From Sedimentisphaerales bacterium (lineage in GTDB: Bacteria; Planctomycetota; Phycisphaerae; Sedimentisphaerales; SM23-30), in the NCBI GenBank assembly GCA_963663965.2, contig CAXXFK010000031.1, forward strand, positions 64,001 through 128,000: 64,000 bases of DNA, written 5' to 3'. The position numbers were made by a program, and so were the translations under genes. The notes beneath the pieces are model-generated. The model searched no databases. It saw only the letters and a program-made list of their open reading frames with translations, and had not been told where the DNA came from. This document shows positions 53,331 through 63,110 of the stretch, one piece after another (position 1 is the first letter of the stretch; every line of letters begins with the position of its first letter).

Positions 53331-55847
53331 TCACTTAAAATTTATCACAGTAAATGAATAGGCAGGAAAAGTATATATAAGATCACAGACGCCTTTATCG
53401 ACCAATAATTTACTTTCCTCACAGATAACAGATTTTGGGTGTTCTGCAGTGTTTCTCTGATTCAGATCGCCTTTTATCTGCAGCAATTGAGCATCCAACC
53501 CGTCTGGAGTATAATCCAACAGGGTAATCTCCGTTGTGATGTCCCATCGGTCCAGATTGACTACCCTTAATGACAACACCTTGCCATCGACACTTCGGCA
53601 AGCTGTGACATCCAACGAATTTTGATAACTATCAATAAAACTCTCTACACATAATGGTTGATAACTGCGGGATATCATCTGGGTAATATAATAGGATGGC
53701 TGTCCCCATACTCTGGATTGATTTAAAAACAGCAATCCCTGATCCCACCCATTATCATTGTGTCCATCCGGTTGAAGGCAATTGGCCGCACAGAGGATAG
53801 GCATCTCGTGAGTGTATCGCTGAATTTCATTGATGGCATGGGCGTGTCCCAATCCACGTCTCAACCGGTGATTATTCGCGTTTTCTTCGAAAACACAAAC
53901 CTTGAAATCGGCGCCCTCACCGATTCGCTTCAGTGCGTTGACATAACTCATCATCCCCCCGATTCCCTTATCAAGGCGATCCGGATCACGCGGTTCATCA
54001 TTCCAGATATGAACATCAAACCAGACCGGCTTGCCCTGCATTTGGGCAAAACGAAGTATTTCCTGTTGGGCAGTCAGGGTTCTGATTCTGGGCGCGCCAT
54101 CAAAATTATACGGATCTGAAATATAATCATTGTAAGCGAAGTCACCCACTATCGGGATAATATCTGGATCCTTTGACCAGATGGCAGCCGCCAACTGTTT
54201 AAAGCGATCAACATAATGGCTGTCCACAGTCTCTTCATTGCCGATCTGGATATACTTGATATGATACGGTTGCGGATGACCCGCTTCGATGCGTTTACGG
54301 CCCCAGATGGTTTCCGGTCCGCTGTGAATATAGTCTACAAAATCGGCCATATCTTCAGGTGTCTCTTCTATATTAAAATCCGGCACGCATTCAAAATCGG
54401 CCGCTTCACAAAAATCGATAAAATCAATGATCCCCCAGCCATTAGAAGAATAGGGATACCACCAGCCTTTATACGGCGGACGCAAATCACGTGGGCCCAC
54501 CATGTTTTTCCAGCGATACTCCGATGCGTTTGCCATACACCCACCATAACGTAACACGGTTAACTGTTGATCGATCAGGCCTTGTGCTACATCCAGACGT
54601 ACAGGAAGCCCCTTAAACCGACCCCATTCACCTGGTTGCAGGAAACAATAGCCAATCGCGACACTACCCGGTTCCGATAAAGCGATACTGAAACGGCCTT
54701 TGGTATCCTGACCAGATGAAATCATGGTAAATTCGAAACGTTGCCAGGCCGAATCCGAAACGGTTATCTTTGTTTCGCTATAGCGCGTCATTCCATCGCC
54801 CGATTCCAGACTTAATAACAGTGAAACCGGTTTTTCTGCGCGTGCCCAGAGAATACCCTCGTAATCTCGATCTTTTTCGAATGCCATACCACGGTGATTC
54901 AATCCGGAATTAGCGATTCCAATTTGGCCATTTCCGGATTTTAATATCAACCTCTGACTCTGCAAGCCACTGATAGGATTATTTTTTTCAATTACAAAAC
55001 TGCCGATAGTATTACCCCGTCGGAATCCAGTCCACATCTTGCTGACCTGCTCTTGTTCTGCTGAATCGACCTCATATTGAAATGGAATTTTGCGAGTACT
55101 GCTTAATGTCTGGATTTGCAAATTGCGGTACTTCGCCTCCCGTCCCCATGTCCGAAAGCCCACGGATCCTGCCGGCAAAGGATCTGGATCTGTGTAATTG
55201 ACATAAGATATGCCATTGACAGCAACTTGAATTCGGTCTCGATTTATATCTATCCGCAATGGTGTCCAAGTAGCAACCAGCAATGGACAATCAATCCGGC
55301 TGATCGGTTGCCAATTCTGCTGATGCTTGCCCAGGATAATTTGGTTTTTTTGAGGATCGAGTGATATTTCATATCCATCAAAATGGTCCGCGCCCGGTCC
55401 GGAACGGTTAACTGCCACAATCAATCCTGCGACCCCGCTGCTGCGATTATCAAAAAACAACTCTACCTCGACACACCCTTCGGAAATCTTCGTATCCTTT
55501 GCCAGCAGTTTTGGCCCCTGACCAACAGGCCCATTGAGAATACCTTCGTGAATAGTCCAGGGAAGCGTGCCGGTTGATAATTCATATCCCGGCCCCTCAT
55601 ACATGAATCCTTCAACAGGAATCGCGGGAGCCGGCTCTTCAAAACTCTCGCCAAAAATCATCTGGCTGTAAATACCCCCGTAGACCTCATGATTAACATC
55701 TTCCAGGCAGGCGCCAATAGTGAGACGACTTATCTTGTTAGTCACTTGATCCGCACGAATGAGGATTCGCCCTTTACTTGGTTCGCCTGCATTTACCATC
55801 ATTGACAATGTCAAAAAAGATAAGGTTAGTTTAAATAGATTCTTCAC
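53331..55847 (-). CDS. GH51 alpha-L-arabinofuranosidase-like protein with inserted DUF1080-like domain
   Basis: LEDVNHEVYGGIYSQMIFGESFE, RYGG, acid/base IGNEE and nucleophile VFEEN. Signal peptide; GTG start with AGGAG RBS. Confidence 0.85.
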   Translation of the reverse strand: MKNLFKLTLSFLTLSMMVNAGEPSKGRILIRADQVTNKISRLTIGACLEDVNHEVYGGIYSQMIFGESFEEPAPAIPVEGFMYEGPGYELSTGTLPWTIHEGILNGPVGQGPKLLAKDTKISEGCVEVELFFDNRSSGVAGLIVAVNRSGPGADHFDGYEISLDPQKNQIILGKHQQNWQPISRIDCPLLVATWTPLRIDINRDRIQVAVNGISYVNYTDPDPLPAGSVGFRTWGREAKYRNLQIQTLSSTRKIPFQYEVDSAEQEQVSKMWTGFRRGNTIGSFVIEKNNPISGLQSQRLILKSGNGQIGIANSGLNHRGMAFEKDRDYEGILWARAEKPVSLLLSLESGDGMTRYSETKITVSDSAWQRFEFTMISSGQDTKGRFSIALSEPGSVAIGYCFLQPGEWGRFKGLPVRLDVAQGLIDQQLTVLRYGGCMANASEYRWKNMVGPRDLRPPYKGWWYPYSSNGWGIIDFIDFCEAADFECVPDFNIEETPEDMADFVDYIHSGPETIWGRKRIEAGHPQPYHIKYIQIGNEETVDSHYVDRFKQLAAAIWSKDPDIIPIVGDFAYNDYISDPYNFDGAPRIRTLTAQQEILRFAQMQGKPVWFDVHIWNDEPRDPDRLDKGIGGMMSYVNALKRIGEGADFKVCVFEENANNHRLRRGLGHAHAINEIQRYTHEMPILCAANCLQPDGHNDNGWDQGLLFLNQSRVWGQPSYYITQMISRSYQPLCVESFIDSYQNSLDVTACRSVDGKVLSLRVVNLDRWDITTEITLLDYTPDGLDAQLLQIKGDLNQRNTAEHPKSVICEESKLLVDKGVCDLIYTFPAYSFTVINFK

Positions 55848-55967
55848 CGATGATCTCCTGAAAAACGATTCTGGTTTAAATCAAGATGACAAAACGGATT
55901 TCCATAATATTTTATCGAACCAGGTCTTCAATTTACCTTGGAACATATTATAAGCAAACCAAATAAT

Positions 55968-55981
55968 TTGACACGTGTCAA
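55968..55981. promoter_or_regulatory. Candidate LacI-family operator
   Basis: Perfect 14-bp palindrome TTGACACGTGTCAA with a central CG, about 120 nt upstream of the GH51-lacI operon. Confidence 0.6.
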
Positions 55982-56202
55982 TTGTTTTCACAATTGTAGC
56001 CCTGATGGATACGTAACTAATGATAATATAATAAGATATCAACAGGAAATTGGATCGCCGAACAGAAAGACGAGTGATAACGAATTATTAATAAAAGGCT
56101 TATTAGCATTAAGTTTATAATTGCTATATGCATAAGTACCAGTTAGAATGAATATCATAAGTCACTATCTATACGCACAGGGATAGTGAAAATAACCGAC
56201 TC

Positions 56203-56552
56203 GGGGGCGACAGGTATCGACCGGATGAGTAGAGGTTTGAGTTGCGTGTCCAGGATGACAGTTGGCCTGGTAAATCATCTGTCACAAAATTTAAATGCCA
56301 ACAATCAGTTGCGCATGGCTGCCTAATTGAGCGGCCCGTCCGACCGGTGACGCCTGCTAACCGGCCCGGACGACGCTAGCAGGATGCCCCGTTCCGTATG
56401 CCTTACGCGGCGCGGGTAAGACTTAGTCAGGCTGGCCAAGGAAGTATCCTGTCTGTCGGAGACTTTCGCGGCGAGATCCAAACGACCGACTACACCCGTA
56501 GACGCTCAAGCCAAAACATCACGGGACGGGGGTTCGATTCCCCCCGCCTCCA
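56203..56552 (+). ncRNA. ssrA: tmRNA; tag peptide (A)ANNQLRMAA
   Basis: 5' GGGGGCGA...TCGAC and 3' GGGGGTTCGATTCCCCCCGCCTCCA tRNA-like ends. The tag frame 56297-56326 reads GCC AAC AAT CAG TTG CGC ATG GCT GCC TAA. Confidence 0.95.
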
Positions 56553-56725
56553 CTTTTTGATTCTATAAGTCTTTGTATATCAATCACTTATAAATTTTCA
56601 GGCTAAGGGAAATGCCCCCCAGCCTGGCTTTGGTTACAAAGTCTATAATTGTTTATATTAAAAACAGTTAAATGTATTTAAATAAATACTTTCAATGGCT
56701 TTAGCACATATTGGGTAAATTTTAT

Positions 56726-58050
56726 GGCTCATCCGGTTAATGAGTAGTTTTGGTTATGGATATGATGGATCCGGAGATAGAAGTATTCCTGATCGCGGTA
56801 GCCATGAGCCATTCGTTGCAGGAGGCCGATTTTACGGTTATTGACTTCGACTTTGCTGGTGCTGATGGGATGGTCATACCAATTGAGCAGGAAGGGTTTC
56901 CAGAGTTGCAGTTGTTTGGCGGCATCCAGCAGGATCCGAATCCCGCTGGTTTGCGCCTGGCTGATCCAGCGTTTAAGTTCCTGTTCAGCCAGCGGAGCCG
57001 TGATCGCATCAAAAAGGAGACGGAGCCGTTCTTTCATGTAATAGGCGGTGGCCAGCGGCTGGTTGAGTTGCAGAGCTTCCTGCAACCGGCGCCGTTCATC
57101 TTTGGCGCTATCGGCATGAGATTTAAGGTTCTCCGGTGCTTTGAGCAGCAGCCAGCGGCTGCCTTTGAGTACCGCTTTGCCCATGGTATCGGCCTCCCGG
57201 TATAAATCCCGGCGTAAACTGGTCAGTTTGTCGTTAAACCATTTGACCAGATGAAAATGGTCCAGCACCAGTTTGGCTTGCGGCAGTTCTTTCAGGACAC
57301 TGGTCATAAAACCACTGGCCATATCGGTAGCCACCGCGGCAATCACCGCCCGGCTGCGTCGGACACGCCCCCAGAATCCCACCAGGGCCTCTTGGCCTTT
57401 GCCCTGGCCGATATGCAAAATTTGACCGCTTTCCAGGTCGGTTACCAGCGTGATGTATTTGCTTTTCCTGCCCAGATACAATTCGTCAATCCCCAGATAA
57501 CGAACCTTTTTCAGGAAAATCTTTCGGTACCGTCGACCTAGCCAGGACTTATGAATCGATTTGATGGTATCCCAGCTTAAGCCGGTCCGTCGGGCCACCT
57601 CTTGCAGGGAAGCCGCCTGACATAAATCGATGACATACCGTTCCAACGCATGGGTGTAATGCTTCTTGGGGTCGGCAAAAGGCAGATGAGGCTGACGAAT
57701 GGCCCCGCACGTCTGACATTTCAATCGGGGAATCGTGACAAGCAACTCCATTTGACGCAAGCCGACGGGCACCATGGCAAACCTCCGGGCCTTGTGACCG
57801 AAGTAAATGAAATTACGGGAGTTACAACAAGGGCAACGCAGACTATCCGCCGGCAAGATGCCGTGAATCACGCTCTTGCCCGCAAAAATATTCTGTCTTT
57901 TGGTATTGAACACCTCGAACACCAAAAGTATGATACAACATACTTGTGGACATGACTTTAGCTCCTAATATGAGGTTTTATTTTTTTCCTCAAACAGTAA
58001 AGTCATGTCTCTCTTTTTGCAACATTAACTACTCATTTTTCGGATGAACC
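56726..58050 (-). mobile_element. ISL3-family insertion sequence, 1325 bp, with 8-bp target duplication
   Basis: IRs GGCTCATCCGGTTAATGAGTAGTT / GGTTCATCCGAAAAATGAGTAGTT; direct repeat AATTTTAT at 56718-56725 and 58051-58058. Confidence 0.93.
56729..57953 (-). CDS. ISL3 transposase (true start MSTSMLYHTFG at 57953; +1 frameshift near 57884-57888)
   Basis: CPCC Zn finger, GIDE, TDM, DHFH and EVNNRKI...GYRD. The N-terminal 23 codons lie in another frame. Confidence 0.9.
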
Positions 58051-58194
58051 AATTTTATTTGTGATGCCGGTAGTGATTTTGATATAATCTCGAGATATGG
58101 TCTATGGATAATAGGCTTATATACGCGAGGTTTTTCTTTCATGATTTTATCATAAATTTTTAAGGGGAGACGAGCGTCTCATTTAGGTGCAATA

Positions 58195-58599
58195 ATGATT
58201 CGTTATTTTATCTTGGTGGCGTTTCTGAGTATATACATTGTTTCTATTGAAGCTGCTACATTCACATCCAACACCTTGATTGATTCAATGGATACAAGTT
58301 TTGCCGGCGAGGATATTGTTGTCAACGGTTGTACTGTGATTATTAACGGGCAACATACCTTTAATAGTGTTCAAATTAGAAACGGCAGTACGATTACGCA
58401 TACTCCAAAAACACCTGGTGGTTTAACGTTAACCGTTACCGGTGATCTAATCATTGATGCTGGCGGCAAGATTGATGTGACGGATTGTGGCTATGGTCCC
58501 AATGAGGGTCCGGGAGTGGGAGAATTGCTAGCCAGTGGCGCTTGTGGTGGCAGTGGCTATGGCGGCATGGGCGGTATCTGTTCGGATGCTGCTTTATAG
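58195..58599 (+). pseudogene. Truncated N-terminus of a secreted beta-helix/Gly-rich surface protein
   Basis: Signal peptide, beta-strand repeats (LTLTVTGDLIIDAGGKIDV) and GGSGYGGMGG, then an abrupt stop next to IS debris. Confidence 0.55.
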
Positions 58600-58653
58600 A
58601 AGGAATGGCCCATGAATACACGCAAGTTTGAGGAATTGCCGGCTGATCTGGCG

Positions 58654-59711
58654 GCGGTCACGCTGGTCATCATCGTGTCTGCCGGGTTTTGAATCAAACG
58701 GTGAGATTTTGATAGTAATGACAAACTTCCTGTTAAAAATCGGCAATGCTTTGTCCTTGCAAGCGACACAGGTACTGAGGATGCGCATGACCACACTCGC
58801 TCTGCGTGCCGAAACTGCCTTTCCGCCACAAAACCGCTTGACGGACGGCTCGTTTGGTTCGATTATTGCTCGGCTTCTGTCGGCAGTGGGCCGTTAATAT
58901 CTTTCTGCTTATACCGACCTTCGGCGATCATTTTATCTAAATAAGACTGGGCTATTTTATGACCTTGATCGGCCGCCTGCTGTAACCATTTCACGGCTTC
59001 GGTATCGTCTTGAGGCAGATCGTAACCCGATGCATACATGATCCCCAAGATTAATTGGGCCGCCATCATCCCCTGCTCAGCCGCTTTTCGATACCATTTA
59101 GCAGCCTCGATCTTATCTTGGATAACACCCTGCCCCTTGGCATACATCCACCCCAGATTATAATATGCCGAGACCTCGCCCCGTTCGGCGGCATTGAGGT
59201 ATTCCCGCAGTGTTTCACCATTATCTTGCAAGGCACCCTGATCGGTATCAAATCGCACCTCAAGATTATCCTGAATATTGGCGGTTCGCCGACTCGGATT
59301 TTGCGATTCTTCATGAATACCATCTAAACCACGCAGTGCCTCTCCAGCCGGATTTCGATCAGCATGCGGACAGGCTCTGCCATCCCCCTCCTCTTGGTTG
59401 AAGTTACAGATTGTAGGTTTGTCTTTTCGATTAACTCTTTTGAGAAAAATAACGCAACCACCAAAACGGTCACAACCAAAATCACCGCCACGATGCCAAT
59501 TTCAACCTGATATTGAGAGAGCATAACATTCCCAAACGCCGTTTCAGTTCCTGAATCTCCTTTTTCAGCATTTCAATTTGTTGCTTCAAAAGCGGAATCT
59601 GGGCATTTTCCGCCTCAAGCTTTTTAATGTACGCGTCCTTGTCCATAAAATACTTATCGGACAGGGACGCATGACTTTATAAATTATGACCTATTTTGTG
59701 TGAACGCTTAC
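58654..59711 (-). mobile_element. Degenerate IS66-family (single-ORF, ISBst12-like) element with internal replacement
   Basis: Left end GTAAGCGTTCAC at 59711. Transposase N-terminus MDKDAYIKKLEAENAQ...ELKRRLGM (59646-59527). Transposase C-terminus KPSNNRTKRAVRQAVLWRKGSFGTQSECG...RIL...RLQGQSIADF (58876 to about 58735). Partial right IR GCGGTCAC at 58654. Confidence 0.75.
58863..59258 (-). CDS. Sel1-repeat protein (probably a fragment)
   Basis: AYYNLGWMYAKGQGV.QD..EAAKWYRKAAEQG and a second Sel1 repeat. Confidence 0.75.
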   Translation of the reverse strand: MRFDTDQGALQDNGETLREYLNAAERGEVSAYYNLGWMYAKGQGVIQDKIEAAKWYRKAAEQGMMAAQLILGIMYASGYDLPQDDTEAVKWLQQAADQGHKIAQSYLDKMIAEGRYKQKDINGPLPTEAEQ

Positions 59712-60018
59712 GTTTTTTCAAGCTTCTAACATTCAATAATCCTGACTTAATCACAAACACTTCACTTCACATTGCCAGATCAGTCGAGTTGTCAGTTCAC
59801 CTTTTCGTCATCGAAATATAAACTCGCCAAGGGGTAAGTAAATAGTCCGACAAAGGAAGTCGTCAATTAACTTACGTTAAAATGCGGGTCTGTACTGATT
59901 TACATTGGCAGCGAATGCGGCTACCATCTTTAAGAGCGATATAATTTAAAATATAATTACTATTTGTGATAGTAATATCGCAATTAAAATAACAACTACC
60001 TGTTATGGAGATCACATT

Positions 60019-60552
60019 ATGACAGAGAAGACAAACACCATGGTGGCCGTATATAAAACACATCTCGAAGCCGAAGCTGGTATTAAAGAACTGCAAAAAT
60101 CAGGGTTCGTCATGAACAAGCTTTCGATTGTGGGCAAGGACTATCATTCTGACGAGCATGTCGTTGGATACTACACTACCGGTGATCGGATGGCCTTTTG
60201 GGGCAAGCAGGGCGCTTTTTGGGGAGGGATCTGGGGTTTGTTATTCGGATCGGCCTTCTTTATGATTCCCGGAATCGGGCCGATTTTGGTGGCAGGCCCG
60301 CTGGTGGCCTGGCTGGTGGGAGCGTTGGAAAGCGCTGTCGTGGTGGGAAGCCTCAGTATCCTGGGCGCCGGCCTGTACAGCATCGGCATCCCGAAAGACA
60401 GCGTACTGAAATATGAAAAGGCGGTCAAGGTGGGCAAATATGTGATTGTTGCTCATGGAACCGCCGATGAGGTGGCCCATGCCAAGGAAATCATTGATAA
60501 TACCGATGCGCTTGAATCCGATTTGCACCAGACCGAACCGGTAAAGGTTTAA
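60019..60552 (+). CDS. General stress protein / DUF1269-like Gly-rich membrane protein
   Basis: VAVY...EAE..IKELQ..GF...LSIVGKD and GAFWGGIWGLLFG..PGIGP. Confidence 0.75.
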   Translation: MTEKTNTMVAVYKTHLEAEAGIKELQKSGFVMNKLSIVGKDYHSDEHVVGYYTTGDRMAFWGKQGAFWGGIWGLLFGSAFFMIPGIGPILVAGPLVAWLVGALESAVVVGSLSILGAGLYSIGIPKDSVLKYEKAVKVGKYVIVAHGTADEVAHAKEIIDNTDALESDLHQTEPVKV

Positions 60553-60639
60553 CTCAGCGTTTCACCTGTAAAAGCTGTGGGTGGTGCATGAAGAGGCAGG
60601 CTATGCTAACGAGATATGACCTCTTGAAAAGTAAGGCTC

Positions 60640-61137
60640 ATGATTGATTCAGAGACAAGATTGACTATTACACCCAAATGTATCGGTGTCGCCGCCGATC
60701 ACGGCGGATTCGAGTTGAAGGAACACTTGGCCGGAAGATTGCGCATGGCCGGGTATGAAGTCGTCGATTTTGGCAATCGTCAACTTAAGGCTGACGATGA
60801 CGACCCGGATTATGTCGGCCTCCTTGCCCATGCAGTCGTCGGTGGAAAGGTGGAGCGGGGCATCGTCATTTGTGGCAGTGGGGTGGGCGCGTGTGTGGTC
60901 GCCAACAAAGTGGCGGGTGTCCGGGTGTGCCTGATCCATGACACATTTTCGGCTCATCAAGGGGTTGAAGACGACGACATGAACCTGCTCCGTCTGGGCG
61001 GCCTCGTGGTTGGCCATGCGTTCGCATGGGAGTTGGTTAATCCATTTCTTCGGGCTCAATTCAGTGGCGCCGAATGCCACCAACGCCGTTTGATGAAAAT
61101 TGTGGCACTGGAACGATTAAAACAGGCTCAATTATGA
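60640..61137 (+). CDS. rpiB: Ribose-5-phosphate isomerase B family
   Basis: [17 protein letters not shown] and ANKV.GVR. Confidence 0.88.
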   Translation: MIDSETRLTITPKCIGVAADHGGFELKEHLAGRLRMAGYEVVDFGNRQLKADDDDPDYVGLLAHAVVGGKVERGIVICGSGVGACVVANKVAGVRVCLIHDTFSAHQGVEDDDMNLLRLGGLVVGHAFAWELVNPFLRAQFSGAECHQRRLMKIVALERLKQAQL

Positions 61138-62253
61138 GAAACAATGCCTTGATGCAATTGGGTACGCTTGGCCAGTCTGTCTGGCTCGACTATATCCGGC
61201 GCGATCTGATCGCAAGTGGTGAGTTAAAGCGCTTAATCGATGAGGATGGACTGTGCGGGATGACCTCGAATCCCTCCATCTTCGAGAAGGCGATCGCAGA
61301 AAGCCAGATGTACGATCAGGACATCCGCGAGATGGCACTCCAAAAAAAACGATGTAAATACCATCTATGAAGCGCTCACTCAGCGCGATGTACAGAACGC
61401 TGCCGACGCATTCAGGATGATATACGAAAAGACGAATGGTAAGGATGGCTATGTCAGCCTGGAGGTCAACCCTCATCTGGCGCATGATGCCCCAGGCACA
61501 ATTGAGGAAGCCCGTCGATTATGGACGGCGCTGGACCGCCCCAATGTATTTATCAAAGTTCCGGCAACCGCTGAGGGTCTGGTTGCCATCCGGCAACTTA
61601 TTGGCGAAGGGATCAATATCAATGTGACATTGCTGTTTGGATTGCCGCGTTACCGGCAGGTGGTGGAGGCTTACCTTGCAGGACTCGAAGCGCGAGCCGC
61701 CCAAGGCAAGCCCGTACGCGCTGTCGCCTCGGTGGCCAGTTTCTTTTTAAGCCGGATCGACGCGCTGGTTGATCCGCTGGTGGAAAAATTACTTAAGTCC
61801 GGTGGCAAGGAAAGGGACTTTACAAAAAAAGTGCTTGGACAAGTGGCGATTTCAAGCGCAAAGGCCGCGTATCAAATCTATCAGGAACTATTTGGCGGCA
61901 GTCGGTTTAAGGCGCTGGCCGATAAGGGCGCTCGCCCGCAGCGGTTGCTCTGGGCCAGTACAAGCGCCAAGAATCCGGATTTCAGCGATATCAAATACAT
62001 TGAACCACTTATTGGCCCGGATACCGTCAATACAATTCCGCCGGAAACCTATGATGCCTATCGCGACCATGGCGATCCAAAGGCACGCCTGGAACAAGAG
62101 GTTGATCATGCCAATTGGGTTATGGCACAACTGCCAAAACTTGGGATCGACATCGACGAGGTGACCCGGCAGCTTGAAGATGAAGGCGTCAGTAAATTTG
62201 AAAAGCCATTTGATATGCTGATGGAGGCCCTGGCAAAAAAGTCATCAGCCTGA
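61134..62253 (+). pseudogene. tal: Transaldolase, split by one extra A in the A8 run at 61342-61349 (frameshift or sequencing error)
   Basis: GQSVWLD and GMTSNPSIF lie in one frame. GYVSLEVNP, IKVPAT, NVTLLF, SFFLSRID and LWAST lie in the next. Confidence 0.85.
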
Positions 62254-62302
62254 TTAAGGAACCATGACTTCTGTCCGGTTATAATCCAGTGACGATTCAA
62301 AA

Positions 62303-62962
62303 TTGAGCGAGTATCTAATTTTAATGGACACATGGATGATTAAAAAAATAAGTAAACTATTCCTTCAGGGCCTGATAGCCATTTTACCAGTGGCTTTGAC
62401 AATATACGCTCTTTACTGGCTGGCTGTTTCAGCGGAATCTATTTTAGGAAAAGCGATAAGGCTTATTATACCTGAAAAATTCTATCTGCCTGGAATGGGC
62501 ATTTTAGCCGGTATATTTGTAATACTTTCAATAGGTATTCTCCTGAAATTATGGCTTTTTAGAAAAATATTTCAATGGGGCGAAAAGATCATTAAAAAAT
62601 TGCCCTTGATAAAATTCTTTTATAGCTCTATCCGGGATTTAACCGACTTTTTTGATTCATCTGAAAACAAAGATTTCAACAAAGTCGTAATGATTACATT
62701 AGTCGAAGATGATATTAAAATCATGGGGCTTGTTACTCGTGAAGATTTTAAGGGTTTGCCTGAAGAAATTTACAAAGACGACAAGGTAGCTGTCTATTTG
62801 CCGTGGAGTTATCAGGTGGGCGGTTTTACCGTTATGGTTTCAAAATCGAAGCTTGAACCAATAGAATTAAGCGTTGACCAGGCACTGAGATTTATGTTAA
62901 CAGCCGGCGTTTCCACTGAAAATGAAAAAACCCAATACCCCACGCCAAAAGAAGGATGTTGA
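62303..62962 (+). CDS. DUF502 family membrane protein
   Basis: GL..ILP..LT, P.IK..Y.S.RD and VYLP.S...GGF. The true start is probably one of the ATGs at 62324-62336. Confidence 0.8.
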   Translation: MSEYLILMDTWMIKKISKLFLQGLIAILPVALTIYALYWLAVSAESILGKAIRLIIPEKFYLPGMGILAGIFVILSIGILLKLWLFRKIFQWGEKIIKKLPLIKFFYSSIRDLTDFFDSSENKDFNKVVMITLVEDDIKIMGLVTREDFKGLPEEIYKDDKVAVYLPWSYQVGGFTVMVSKSKLEPIELSVDQALRFMLTAGVSTENEKTQYPTPKEGC

Positions 62963-63110
62963 CGGTTATACCATTTACAATTGAATTTTCCCGATTAGCC
63001 GTGAGATAAATATTTGACGAGTAATAGGTTAACTTCGAGCGATCAGGAATTTTCTTACCCATTGGGTATAACAATATAATTTAAAGAGGTAGTCTATCTT
63101 GAAAGAAATC

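Noticed and set aside
41139..56202. Glycan locus as an integrative element at tRNA-Arg
   Set aside because: I found no integrase and no duplicated tRNA 3' end. Only the position is suggestive.
58612..58692. Short ORF MNTRKFEELPADLAAV... with RBS, possibly the start of an IS accessory gene
   Set aside because: Only about 15 informative codons precede the IS66 remnant, too little to assign.
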